64,000 nt of DNA. It comes from Candidatus Omnitrophota bacterium. GTDB taxonomy: Bacteria > Omnitrophota > Gorgyraeia > Duberdicusellales > 4484-171. The DNA lies in the NCBI GenBank assembly GCA_018826075.1, contig JAHKAJ010000024.1:145694-209693 (forward strand), given 5' to 3'. Shown piece after piece: positions 1 through 7,353 of this stretch (its first letter is position 1; the number at the start of each line of letters is the position of its first letter). Position numbers and translations under genes: made by a program. Below the pieces are notes generated by a model. It saw nothing but the letters and a program-made list of their open reading frames with translations, was not told the DNA's origin and did not search any database.

Positions 1-70
1 GATCTTTAAGCTCGACAGCTACGATCGCCCCGACAATCATGAAAATCAATAAAAGATAAAGTTCCAGCAT
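1..70 (-). CDS. Partial N-terminus of a small hydrophobic NuoK/HyfE-like membrane subunit; it continues beyond the window edge.
   Basis: The reverse complement of 1..70 starts with ATG (cat at 68-70) and translates to MLELYLLLIFMIVGAIVAVELKD, a hydrophobic helix typical of NuoK/HyfE/MnhC. It is preceded by AAGGTG (possible SD). It lies directly downstream of the NuoL-like gene in the same operon. Confidence 0.35.
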   Translation of the reverse strand, partial: MLELYLLLIFMIVGAIVAVELKD

Positions 71-94
71 TTCGAGCACCTTAATTTAACTATC

Positions 95-122
95 CAGCGA
101 GATCCCGGCTACTGCCGGGATA
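95..122. repeat. Palindromic 28-bp repeat, copy 1 (cagcgaGATCCCGGCtactGCCGGGAta): a 7-bp perfect stem with a 4-nt loop.
   Basis: Direct reading: tcccggc / tact / gccggga is a perfect inverted repeat. A cagcga leader and ta trailer are shared with copy 2, which sits 40 bp downstream. Confidence 0.6.
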
Positions 123-134
123 ATTCTATTTATT

Positions 135-162
135 CAGCGAAATCCCGATTACTATCGGGATA
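135..162. repeat. Palindromic 28-bp repeat, copy 2 (cagcgaAATCCCGATtactATCGGGAta): a 7-bp stem with the same tact loop.
   Basis: Same architecture and flanks as copy 1. The stem bases are changed in a compensatory way (ggc/gcc versus gat/atc), which suggests the structure is conserved at the RNA or DNA level. Confidence 0.6.
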
Positions 163-174
163 CATTTTAATTGC

Positions 175-1833
175 CTATCGTAACAAAAGGTAAAAAAGTA
201 TACCCATACCTAAAAGACACCAGGCCAAATAAGTAGACAAAACTCCGTTGTGCAAATAACTTAGAGCGCGATTAAAACCAAAGGTGATCTTACTGCTCAC
301 TTCATAAATATCAAAGATTTTTTTCGCAGCTAACCGGTAAATAATTTTTAGAATGCCGATCTCCTGAACAGTATTGTAAAATTCTGTTCCCGAAATCCGC
401 ATCTGGGGATTATTTTTTAGGTCTTCACCGCCGATAAAAGGATCAGTTTGCCGCAGTTTAGCCACCCGGCCCAGAAAATAAATCAACAAACCGATTACTA
501 TGCTGATAATAAGTAAAATCGTTGCCAAACCGGCACTCCAAAATCCGAAAAATCGTATCGGTTCTAAAATAACCGGAAAGATAAAATGTTTAAGGGGAAC
601 CGCCAAAGCAAAAATTCCGAAAATTAAACATAAAAAGGCTAAAATGACTCCCGGCAGCCACATCAAAATCCCGACCTCCCGGTTTTCTTTCTTGGCCGCT
701 AATTTCCGACCTTGAGCCGGCTGGCCTAAAAATACCGCCTGCAGTAATTTCATAAAACTAGCTAAAGTCAAAGCACTGCCAAACATAGCTGAAATCAGCC
801 AAACTACCCAAAGCTTGCCGCCGGTTTTTGCAGTTTCCAGAATTCCCTGATAGACCATCCATTTAGAAACAAAACCATTAAATGGCGGTATTCCCGAAAT
901 AGCAAAGGCAGCAATTAAAAAAGTAACGAAAGTAACCGGCATGTATTTGGCTAATCCGCCCAACGAATCAAGGTTGGTGGTTTTAGCCTGCTTTTCAACT
1001 GACCCGGCCGAAAAAAACAGACAGGATTTATATATGGCGTGATTTAACATATGAAAAAGCCCGCCGGCAATACCGATGGGGTTGCCGGTGCCGATTCCCA
1101 AAACCATATAGCCGACCTGGCTCACGGCATGATAGCCAAGCAGCCTTTTAAAATCATGCTGGATGAGAGCCATCATCACTGCCGCTACAATAGTGAGACT
1201 GCCGATAAACATTAAAAAGGTATTCATCCCGGAATCAAGACGGAACATCTCCAGGGAAATCCGGGCTAAAAAATATATTCCCAAAAGTTTATCCAAAGAT
1301 GCCGGTAAATACGCTGTAACCGGTGCTGGTGAATCCTCAGCGGCATCAGGAACCCAGGTATGAAAAGGCATTGCTCCGGCTTTGGCAAAAGCTCCGGCTG
1401 CCAGGCAAAGATAAGCAATCACTGCCAGTTTAGAAGTCAAGGGTATCGAAATCAGATCCATTTCAAACAAACCGGTGAGTTTCCAGACAAGACTGATCCC
1501 TAAAAGCATTAAAACATCAGTTCCGCCGATTAAGATAAAAGCCTTCTTGGCCGTAGCCGGCGTATTCTCGTTTTTGCCAAAACCGATCAAAAGATACAGC
1601 AGCAGCCCTAAAAATCCCCAAAAAACCATAAATAAAATCAAGTTGTTGGCAAAAACTGCGCCTAAAGAAGCGATTAGAGTGAGGCCTATGTAGAGGTAGT
1701 ACTGAGGGGTCCTTTTTTCTGAACGCATATACCCCATAGAATAGACAGTCACCAGGATAGAAAAAAACCAGACGAATATCCCCACAAATATCGATAAATT
1801 GTCAAAACGGAAATATTCCTGAAACAAACTCAT
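175..1833 (-). CDS. Antiporter-like membrane subunit of an energy-converting hydrogenase (NuoL/NuoM/NuoN/MnhD/HyfB family), 552 aa.
   Basis: It is a multi-TM protein. Conserved NuoL/HyfB-like blocks are present (WVPDA...SPAPVTAYL, GYHAVSQVGYMVLGIG, FHMLNHAIYKSCLFFSAGS). Its start overlaps the stop of the hydrogenase large subunit gene (1830..1833). Confidence 0.8.
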   Translation of the reverse strand: MSLFQEYFRFDNLSIFVGIFVWFFSILVTVYSMGYMRSEKRTPQYYLYIGLTLIASLGAVFANNLILFMVFWGFLGLLLYLLIGFGKNENTPATAKKAFILIGGTDVLMLLGISLVWKLTGLFEMDLISIPLTSKLAVIAYLCLAAGAFAKAGAMPFHTWVPDAAEDSPAPVTAYLPASLDKLLGIYFLARISLEMFRLDSGMNTFLMFIGSLTIVAAVMMALIQHDFKRLLGYHAVSQVGYMVLGIGTGNPIGIAGGLFHMLNHAIYKSCLFFSAGSVEKQAKTTNLDSLGGLAKYMPVTFVTFLIAAFAISGIPPFNGFVSKWMVYQGILETAKTGGKLWVVWLISAMFGSALTLASFMKLLQAVFLGQPAQGRKLAAKKENREVGILMWLPGVILAFLCLIFGIFALAVPLKHFIFPVILEPIRFFGFWSAGLATILLIISIVIGLLIYFLGRVAKLRQTDPFIGGEDLKNNPQMRISGTEFYNTVQEIGILKIIYRLAAKKIFDIYEVSSKITFGFNRALSYLHNGVLSTYLAWCLLGMGILFYLLLR

Positions 1834-3041
1834 TTTATACCTTTTGTACGGGCGGCAAATTTGCCGCCCCTACTTTTAATTTTCTCGGTTTTAGCTTGTG
1901 AGAGCCTAACTAAATCCTCACCATTATAAAGTTTTTTACCCTTTTGATTAACCACAGCCATTCTTTCAGTACAACAGTAACAAGGATCGATTGCCGCCAG
2001 GATTATAGTTGCATCGGAAATCGTCTCGCCGACCACAGTCGCTTTATAGGTCGGCAGATTCATAAAAGTTGGGGCTCGTATTTTATGGCGGGCCGGGCGG
2101 TTAGTCCCGTCGCTTTTTACATAGTGAAAACATTCACCCCTTGGCGCTTCGATCTGGCCGATACCTTCTCCGGGAGGTATGTTTTTAATATTAGCGTCGA
2201 TTTCAGTATCCGGCAAGCTTAAAAGACAGCGCTTAACCATGTCTATCGATTGAAAAGTCTCTAAAATCCTTACTACCGCCTTGTCGAAAACATCTCCGTT
2301 GTCAGTGACAATGATATCCCAATTTAAACGGTCATAGGCTCCGTAAGGGCAATCTTTCCTCAAATCCCTGGCGATCCCCGAAGCTCTAGCAGTAGGCCCT
2401 AAGGCACAAAAATTAATTGCCTCCTCTTTAGTTAAAACCCCTACTCCTTTTGTCCGGGCATGCAAAACCGGGTCATCAATGACTGCTTTTTTAAGCATTT
2501 CTAAAGTCGGGATGATTGAATCGATTTTTTTAATCACCCCTGGAATATCTTCTTTCTTGATATCCCGCCTGACGCCACCGGGTTTAAACATGGCGTAATT
2601 ATTCCGATTACCGGAAAGTATTTCCATCACATCAAGTATTTCTTCGCGCAATTTCCAAGCCCACATGTAAACTGTATTGTAACCGAGAAAATGCCCGGCT
2701 AAACCCAACCAGAGAAGGTGCGAATGAATGCGTTCGCCTTCAGCAATAATCGTGCGGATGTATTTGGCTCGCAACGGCACTTCTAAACCGATCACATCTT
2801 CAATTGCCCGGGTGTAAGCATAAGGATGGCTGGTTGAACAGATACCGCAAATTCTTTCTACGGCAAAGGTAGACTGGTCAAAAGTTTTTCGTTCAGAAAG
2901 TTTTTCAATACCCCGGTGGTTATAACCGATTTGGACATCAATATCGATCACAGTCTCCCCGTCAACCGTCAGGGTAAAAAATTCCGGTTCCTCCTGTAAA
3001 GGATGATACGGGCCAATCGGCACTATGGTTCGTTTTCCCAT
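1830..3041 (-). CDS. [NiFe]-hydrogenase large subunit, group 4 (NuoD/EchE/HycE-C-terminal-like). The likely true start is the internal Met (MGKRTIVPIGPYHP).
   Basis: The N-terminal L1 motif RICGICSTSH and C-terminal L2 motif DPCYCCTER (the Ni-Fe ligating cysteines) are both intact, so this is a true hydrogenase, not a Nuo/Ehr paralogue. PIGPYHP matches the NuoD-like N-terminus. About 35 aa lie C-terminal to the DPCxxCxxR motif. The ATG at 3039-3041 overlaps the NuoC-like stop by 1 nt. Confidence 0.85.
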   Translation of the reverse strand: MGKRTIVPIGPYHPLQEEPEFFTLTVDGETVIDIDVQIGYNHRGIEKLSERKTFDQSTFAVERICGICSTSHPYAYTRAIEDVIGLEVPLRAKYIRTIIAEGERIHSHLLWLGLAGHFLGYNTVYMWAWKLREEILDVMEILSGNRNNYAMFKPGGVRRDIKKEDIPGVIKKIDSIIPTLEMLKKAVIDDPVLHARTKGVGVLTKEEAINFCALGPTARASGIARDLRKDCPYGAYDRLNWDIIVTDNGDVFDKAVVRILETFQSIDMVKRCLLSLPDTEIDANIKNIPPGEGIGQIEAPRGECFHYVKSDGTNRPARHKIRAPTFMNLPTYKATVVGETISDATIILAAIDPCYCCTERMAVVNQKGKKLYNGEDLVRLSQAKTEKIKSRGGKFAARTKGIK

Positions 3042-3514
3042 TATAAACCTCGATCCCGAATTGAAGAATCGTCCCACTCTTTATAGTCACGTCTCAACGG
3101 ATAAACCCCTTGCGGCCATTCATCAGGCAAAAGCAGCCGCTTTAACTCCGGATGGCCTTTGAAGTTTACCCCCAGCATTTCGCAGATTTCCCGTTCTATC
3201 CAGTTAGCTCCTTCGAATATCGGAGCTAAAGAATCTATCTCTAATTTGTTCTTTAAAAGTTTTACCCGAAATGAAATCAGGAAATTGATTTCATCAAAAG
3301 TGAAATGATAAAGAATCTCTATGTGCTTATGGGTATCCAGGCCGCTGGCAATATTAAACCGGGCACCCAGATTTTTAAAAACATAGGTAGCAATAACCAC
3401 TAAAGCCTGGGGTTTGATCTCGATGTAGACCCGCTTGGGAGATTTATCAAAAACTTCCAGAATCTCCCCCTTAAAACGTTCACCTATATCTTTTAAAATA
3501 TCGCTTCGATTCAT
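3041..3514 (-). CDS. NuoC/EchD-like hydrogenase subunit (30 kDa subunit family), 157 aa.
   Basis: Its size and position between the NuoB-like and NuoD-like genes fit this family. Conserved C-terminal region: ANWIEREICEMLGVNFKGHPELKRLLLPDEWPQGVYPLRRDY. It is translationally coupled on both sides. Confidence 0.7.
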   Translation of the reverse strand: MNRSDILKDIGERFKGEILEVFDKSPKRVYIEIKPQALVVIATYVFKNLGARFNIASGLDTHKHIEILYHFTFDEINFLISFRVKLLKNKLEIDSLAPIFEGANWIEREICEMLGVNFKGHPELKRLLLPDEWPQGVYPLRRDYKEWDDSSIRDRGL

Positions 3515-3945
3515 TTTTTTTCTGGTTTAGCACTAAGTTTTTCTATTAATTTTACCACTCCGGCGATAATTGCTTCCGGCTTAGGCGGACAGCCTGGAAT
3601 ATATACGTCTACCGGAATAATCTTATCGACCGGCAAAGGGCAGTTATAACTGTGGATAAACATACCTCTGGATAAAGAGCATTCGCCGATCGCCACCACC
3701 ACACAAGGTTTTGGCATCTGTTGGTAAACCTGTTTGATCCGGGGAATGCATTTGCGATTAGCTGAACCGGTGACTAAAAGCACATCGGCATGCCGTATAC
3801 TGCCGGCTAAAAGCATGCCGAATCTTTCCACATCAAACCGGGGAGTCAAACAATCAAGTATCTCAATATCGCAATTATTACAACTTCCGGTAGAAAGATG
3901 AAATACCCAGGGTGACTTTAAAAGTGCTTTTAAGGTTATACTCAT
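3511..3945 (-). CDS. [NiFe]-hydrogenase small subunit, NuoB/EchC-like (proximal 4Fe-4S cluster), 144 aa.
   Basis: The NuoB-family cysteine pattern is present: GSCNNC...(R)KC...GEC...GCPP. Its size and operon context fit a group 4 hydrogenase. Confidence 0.85.
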   Translation of the reverse strand: MSITLKALLKSPWVFHLSTGSCNNCDIEILDCLTPRFDVERFGMLLAGSIRHADVLLVTGSANRKCIPRIKQVYQQMPKPCVVVAIGECSLSRGMFIHSYNCPLPVDKIIPVDVYIPGCPPKPEAIIAGVVKLIEKLSAKPEKK

Positions 3946-4865
3946 AATCCTTTAAGAGCCAGGAAAACCGCCATCATGGCCAGTATGGTCATCGGCCCCC
4001 AGAAAAATCGCATCGCCTGGTCGATCCTAACCCGGGGGTTAGTGTTGCGAATAACCGTTATTAAAGCTACCAATCCCAAATATTTTAATATTCCGTTTAT
4101 CCAGTGGGCCCCGCTCAGGCGAAAACCACCCATAAAGAGAATCATTATAAAGAAAGGCAGGACAAACAACAACATATTTTTCATCAGTTTATATACCGCT
4201 AAAGGGGTACCGGAATATTCGATCAGTGGCCCGCCGACGATTTCGGTCTCGGCTTCCGGAATATCAAAAGGAACCAAAGCTAACTTTGCCTGAACGCACA
4301 TCAGGATAACCAAAAAAGCCAAAAAACCCGACCAACTTCCTAAAATTACGCCGTTCTGAACCTGATAAGTCAAGATCTCGCCTAGGCGCAGAGTAAACCC
4401 ACCTTGAATAACCGGAACTAAAATAGCCAGTAAAAACGGTAATTCATAACTTAGCACCAGTTTCATCTCCCGTGATGAACCGATACTAGCCAGGGGGTTT
4501 GCCGAGGCAAATCCGCCGATAATTATACTTAAGGAAGGTAAGACTAAAAGATAAACTACCACTATGATATCCCCGATAAAGGTCCTCTGAGGATTAAGAC
4601 AGTTAAACCAGAGTATCGTCGAAACCAAAATAACACTGCCTAAACCCAAAAGCGGCGCCGCTAAAAAACTAAACTTTGAAGCTCCCTTAGGAACCATAGT
4701 TTCTTTACCGAGCAGTTTAACTAAATCGATCAACGGTTGTAAAACCGGCGGGCCAACCCGGTATTGAACCCGGGCAGTGACCTTACGGTCAACCCAGCTG
4801 GCGAAAAGCCCGATTAACGCCGTTAAAAAAAATCCGAAAATAATCAGATAAATTAAATAAATCAT
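3942..4865 (-). CDS. NuoH/EchB/HyfC-like integral membrane subunit, 307 aa.
   Basis: It is a multi-TM protein with the position and size of EchB/HycD. Conserved region: PFDIPEAETEIVGGPLIEYSG. Confidence 0.8.
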   Translation of the reverse strand: MIYLIYLIIFGFFLTALIGLFASWVDRKVTARVQYRVGPPVLQPLIDLVKLLGKETMVPKGASKFSFLAAPLLGLGSVILVSTILWFNCLNPQRTFIGDIIVVVYLLVLPSLSIIIGGFASANPLASIGSSREMKLVLSYELPFLLAILVPVIQGGFTLRLGEILTYQVQNGVILGSWSGFLAFLVILMCVQAKLALVPFDIPEAETEIVGGPLIEYSGTPLAVYKLMKNMLLFVLPFFIMILFMGGFRLSGAHWINGILKYLGLVALITVIRNTNPRVRIDQAMRFFWGPMTILAMMAVFLALKGL

Positions 4866-4872
4866 TTATCGC

Positions 4873-5391
4873 TTAAGCCTTTTGGCGAACCCAATGAGTA
4901 GAATGAACTACCAGGTTATCGCCGACTAAAAAAGTATTTTCATTAAGTTCAACATCCGGACCAACCAGCTTCAATGCCCCGTGAGAGCAGGACTTTATAC
5001 AAAGCGGTTCAGTCGCTTCATTACGCCGATTGAGACAAAAATCACAGTTATGGTTAAGGTAAGGAACATGTTCCGGATAAATAGCCCCGTAAGGACAGGC
5101 ATAGGAACAGGATTTACAACTCACGCAGCGCATGTTATGTCTGGTCAATAGCTTATCGTTCTCCTTTTGCTGTTCCAAGGCCTCGTAGGGGCAAGAATTA
5201 ACGCAATGCGGCTCATCGCAGCGGCGGCAGACTAAAGCATAGGTTGCCAGCTCGACCACCGAGATTATACCGTTGTTGATCGGCTCCTGGCTGTGATAAA
5301 AATAACTGCATTGGATATCGCAGTCCTGGCATTTTCCGGCGGCGCAGATATCCAAATCCACAAACAGGCGTTTATCTTTAGTCGAATCCAT
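4873..5391 (-). CDS. Poly-ferredoxin-like 4Fe-4S electron-transfer subunit (HycB/HydN/NuoI-like), 172 aa.
   Basis: It has 16 Cys arranged in about four cluster-binding motifs (CxxCxxCxxxC, CRRCDEPHCVNSCP, CVSCKSCSYACP, CDFC...CIKSC). Confidence 0.75.
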   Translation of the reverse strand: MDSTKDKRLFVDLDICAAGKCQDCDIQCSYFYHSQEPINNGIISVVELATYALVCRRCDEPHCVNSCPYEALEQQKENDKLLTRHNMRCVSCKSCSYACPYGAIYPEHVPYLNHNCDFCLNRRNEATEPLCIKSCSHGALKLVGPDVELNENTFLVGDNLVVHSTHWVRQKA

Positions 5392-5394
5392 AAA

Positions 5395-6219
5395 TCAATC
5401 CCAAATACTAGGAAAATTTTTTATTTTGTCATAGGTAAATACCGGACCATCTTTACAGGCATAATAAGTTCCCAGCCGACAATGCCCGCATTTACCGATT
5501 CCACAAGACATGTTTTTTTCCATCGAAAGATAAATATTTTTTTCTTTAAATCCCAATTCCAGCAGTTTTTTAGTTGAAAATTTCATAGCGATCGGCGGGC
5601 CGCAGACAACCGCGATAGCCCTGGGGTAATCCATATCTAAATCATCCAGGATCGTAGTGACTACGCCTACGTTACCCTTCCAGGTGGGATCACCCTTATC
5701 CACAGTAAGCCTTAAGTTTAAATCATCTCTTTTGGCCCAGCCGTCTATTTCATTTCGGTACAATAATTCCTGGGGGTTTTTGCAGCCGCCGCGAAAGGAT
5801 AATTTTTTAAACTCACCGCTGCGAGAAAAAAATTCATACATCAAACTGCGCAACGGCGCCAGGCCGCAGCCGCCGCCGACCACAGCGATCTCTTTGCCTT
5901 TGAACTCGTCTATCGGGTAACCAGCGCCAAAAGGGCCCCTTACGCCGATAGTGTCGCCTTTTTTCAGCTCATGGATCCGGGCGGTGACTTTACCTACTTT
6001 CATCACCGTCACTTCCATTTCCTCGCGCAAAGAAGGCCGTGAAGACGGCGTAAACGGAGCCTCACCGACCCCGGGAACAGTCACCTCGATGAATTGGCCG
6101 GTTTTAAAACCAAACGGTTCGGCCGGCCGAAAACGAATAGTCTTGATAGTCGGGGTTTCGGTTATTGCCTCTAAAACTTTTGCTTCGATCGAACGGTAAG
6201 GATTATCGACTTTTTGCAT
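5395..6219 (-). CDS. FAD/NAD(P)H-binding oxidoreductase with a C-terminal 2Fe-2S cluster (PyrK / sulfhydrogenase gamma HydG / AsrB family), 274 aa.
   Basis: Ferredoxin-NADP-reductase-like fold motifs are present (RFRPAEP...GQFIEV, GGGCGLAPLRSL). The C-terminal CGIGKCGHCRLG...C cluster motif is typical of PyrK/HydG/AsrB. Confidence 0.75.
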   Translation of the reverse strand: MQKVDNPYRSIEAKVLEAITETPTIKTIRFRPAEPFGFKTGQFIEVTVPGVGEAPFTPSSRPSLREEMEVTVMKVGKVTARIHELKKGDTIGVRGPFGAGYPIDEFKGKEIAVVGGGCGLAPLRSLMYEFFSRSGEFKKLSFRGGCKNPQELLYRNEIDGWAKRDDLNLRLTVDKGDPTWKGNVGVVTTILDDLDMDYPRAIAVVCGPPIAMKFSTKKLLELGFKEKNIYLSMEKNMSCGIGKCGHCRLGTYYACKDGPVFTYDKIKNFPSIWD

Positions 6220-7237
6220 TGTCTACTAATTTTTTTAAAACTTTTCTAATATCAATCTTAGCCGGACAGGCTGATATACAACGGCCACATCCAGTGCAGG
6301 CAAATTCAGCTGCTACTTTGGGAAAAAAATCAAACTTTTTCTCAAAACGATTGCGCAGGCGCATCCAAAGTTTTTCGCGGGGATTAGCTCCGCCGGCAAC
6401 CCGGGCGAAATCTTTGATCATACAAGAATCCCAGATTCTTAAACGTTCCATTTGAGCATCGTTTTGCTGGTCATACAAAAGAAAACAATGGCAAGTAGGA
6501 CAAATCGTATTACAAGCCCCGCACTCAACACAAGCCTCAGCTTCCTCACTCCAGATCTCGCTCTCAAAGCCTTTTTCAACTACCCCTTTAAAAGACTCCT
6601 GGTTGGACAGGCCATTGCTTTTTACCTGAACCTCTACCTCACGGAATATTTTTTCCCGTCTGCGGTTACGGGTAGACATCAGGTCTTCCCGGGGCTGACG
6701 GAAAAACAAAGTATATTTTTCCACGATCCTCTTGCCTTTGCTCGAGCCGATCTCCACTAAATACCCCTCATCTACCGAAGAAAGGTTAAGGTCAAAATTC
6801 ATCTGGGGATAAGGTTTTAAACCCAAAGCAGTACAAAAACAACTCTCGATCACTGAAGTACAATCAGCCGAAATGACTAGGTTAGCCTCACGCAGCTTAA
6901 GATAGAACGGATCTTGATAATCATGGTTACTAAAAACATAGTCCTGAATCTTAAAACCTTTTAGATCACAGGCTTTTACCCCGACGATGGCAAAAGGTCT
7001 TTCAAGCCTTTGGGGGATTTTTTGGCTAAAGCCGGAAGCTACCCGTTCGCGGGCTCTAAAGAAAAAAGACTTTAACGGTTCAAAAGCCCGGACTTCTCCC
7101 ACCAGATAGTCAGCGCCGGCAGCAGTAAACTTCTGGTAAAAACGCTGCTGACCCTTTTTCACCGGGACAAAAACTTCGTAATCTTTCTTTAAACTTACTA
7201 AAAATTTTGAAAAATTTTCCGAAGAGATGTAATACAT
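6203..7237 (-). CDS. Iron-sulfur subunit of the AsrA / sulfhydrogenase beta (HydB) family, 344 aa.
   Basis: It has two CxxCxxCxxxCP ferredoxin motifs (CVECGACNTICPTCHC and CTGCGRCISACPAKID). Its size and pairing with the PyrK/AsrB-like gene immediately downstream fit this family. It is the first gene of the operon. Confidence 0.7.
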   Translation of the reverse strand: MYYISSENFSKFLVSLKKDYEVFVPVKKGQQRFYQKFTAAGADYLVGEVRAFEPLKSFFFRARERVASGFSQKIPQRLERPFAIVGVKACDLKGFKIQDYVFSNHDYQDPFYLKLREANLVISADCTSVIESCFCTALGLKPYPQMNFDLNLSSVDEGYLVEIGSSKGKRIVEKYTLFFRQPREDLMSTRNRRREKIFREVEVQVKSNGLSNQESFKGVVEKGFESEIWSEEAEACVECGACNTICPTCHCFLLYDQQNDAQMERLRIWDSCMIKDFARVAGGANPREKLWMRLRNRFEKKFDFFPKVAAEFACTGCGRCISACPAKIDIRKVLKKLVDNAKSR

Positions 7238-7281
7238 ACCGGTTTTTATTTTCAGCGTATTTTTTCGGTTATCAGCTTACT

Positions 7282-7299
7282 TTGTGAATAAAATCACAA
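7282..7299. promoter_or_regulatory. Perfect palindromic operator cTTTGTGAataaaaTCACAAAg (TGTGA-N6-TCACA, CRP/FNR type). It also fits a Rex-type site, TTGTGAA-N4-aTCACAA, with one mismatch.
   Basis: Direct reading: an 8-bp perfect inverted repeat with a 6-bp AT spacer. Its centre is about 53 nt upstream of the first hydrogenase-operon start codon (7237). It lies between the predicted -10 element and the start codon. Confidence 0.45.
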
Positions 7300-7314
7300 A
7301 GCAAATTAGAGGCT

Positions 7315-7343
7315 AAATTAACATAAATGCCCCTGGTTGTCAA
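7315..7343 (-). promoter_or_regulatory. Sigma70-like promoter for the hydrogenase operon: -35 TTGACA (7338..7343) and -10 TAATTT (7315..7320) with a 17-bp spacer.
   Basis: Read on the minus strand. The consensus -35 and spacing are exact. It sits in the only sizeable intergenic gap (7238..7353), between the LPS operon stop and the hydrogenase operon start. Confidence 0.4.
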
Positions 7344-7353
7344 GAATAATTAT

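Noticed and set aside
4873-7237. Alternative reading of the AsrA-like / AsrB-like / ferredoxin genes as a stand-alone anaerobic sulfite reductase (asrABC).
   Set aside because: No AsrC-like sirohaem subunit follows. Instead the genes overlap and are translationally coupled into the NuoH/NuoB/NuoC/NuoD hydrogenase genes. The hydrogenase-diaphorase interpretation is favoured but not proven; see the first finding.
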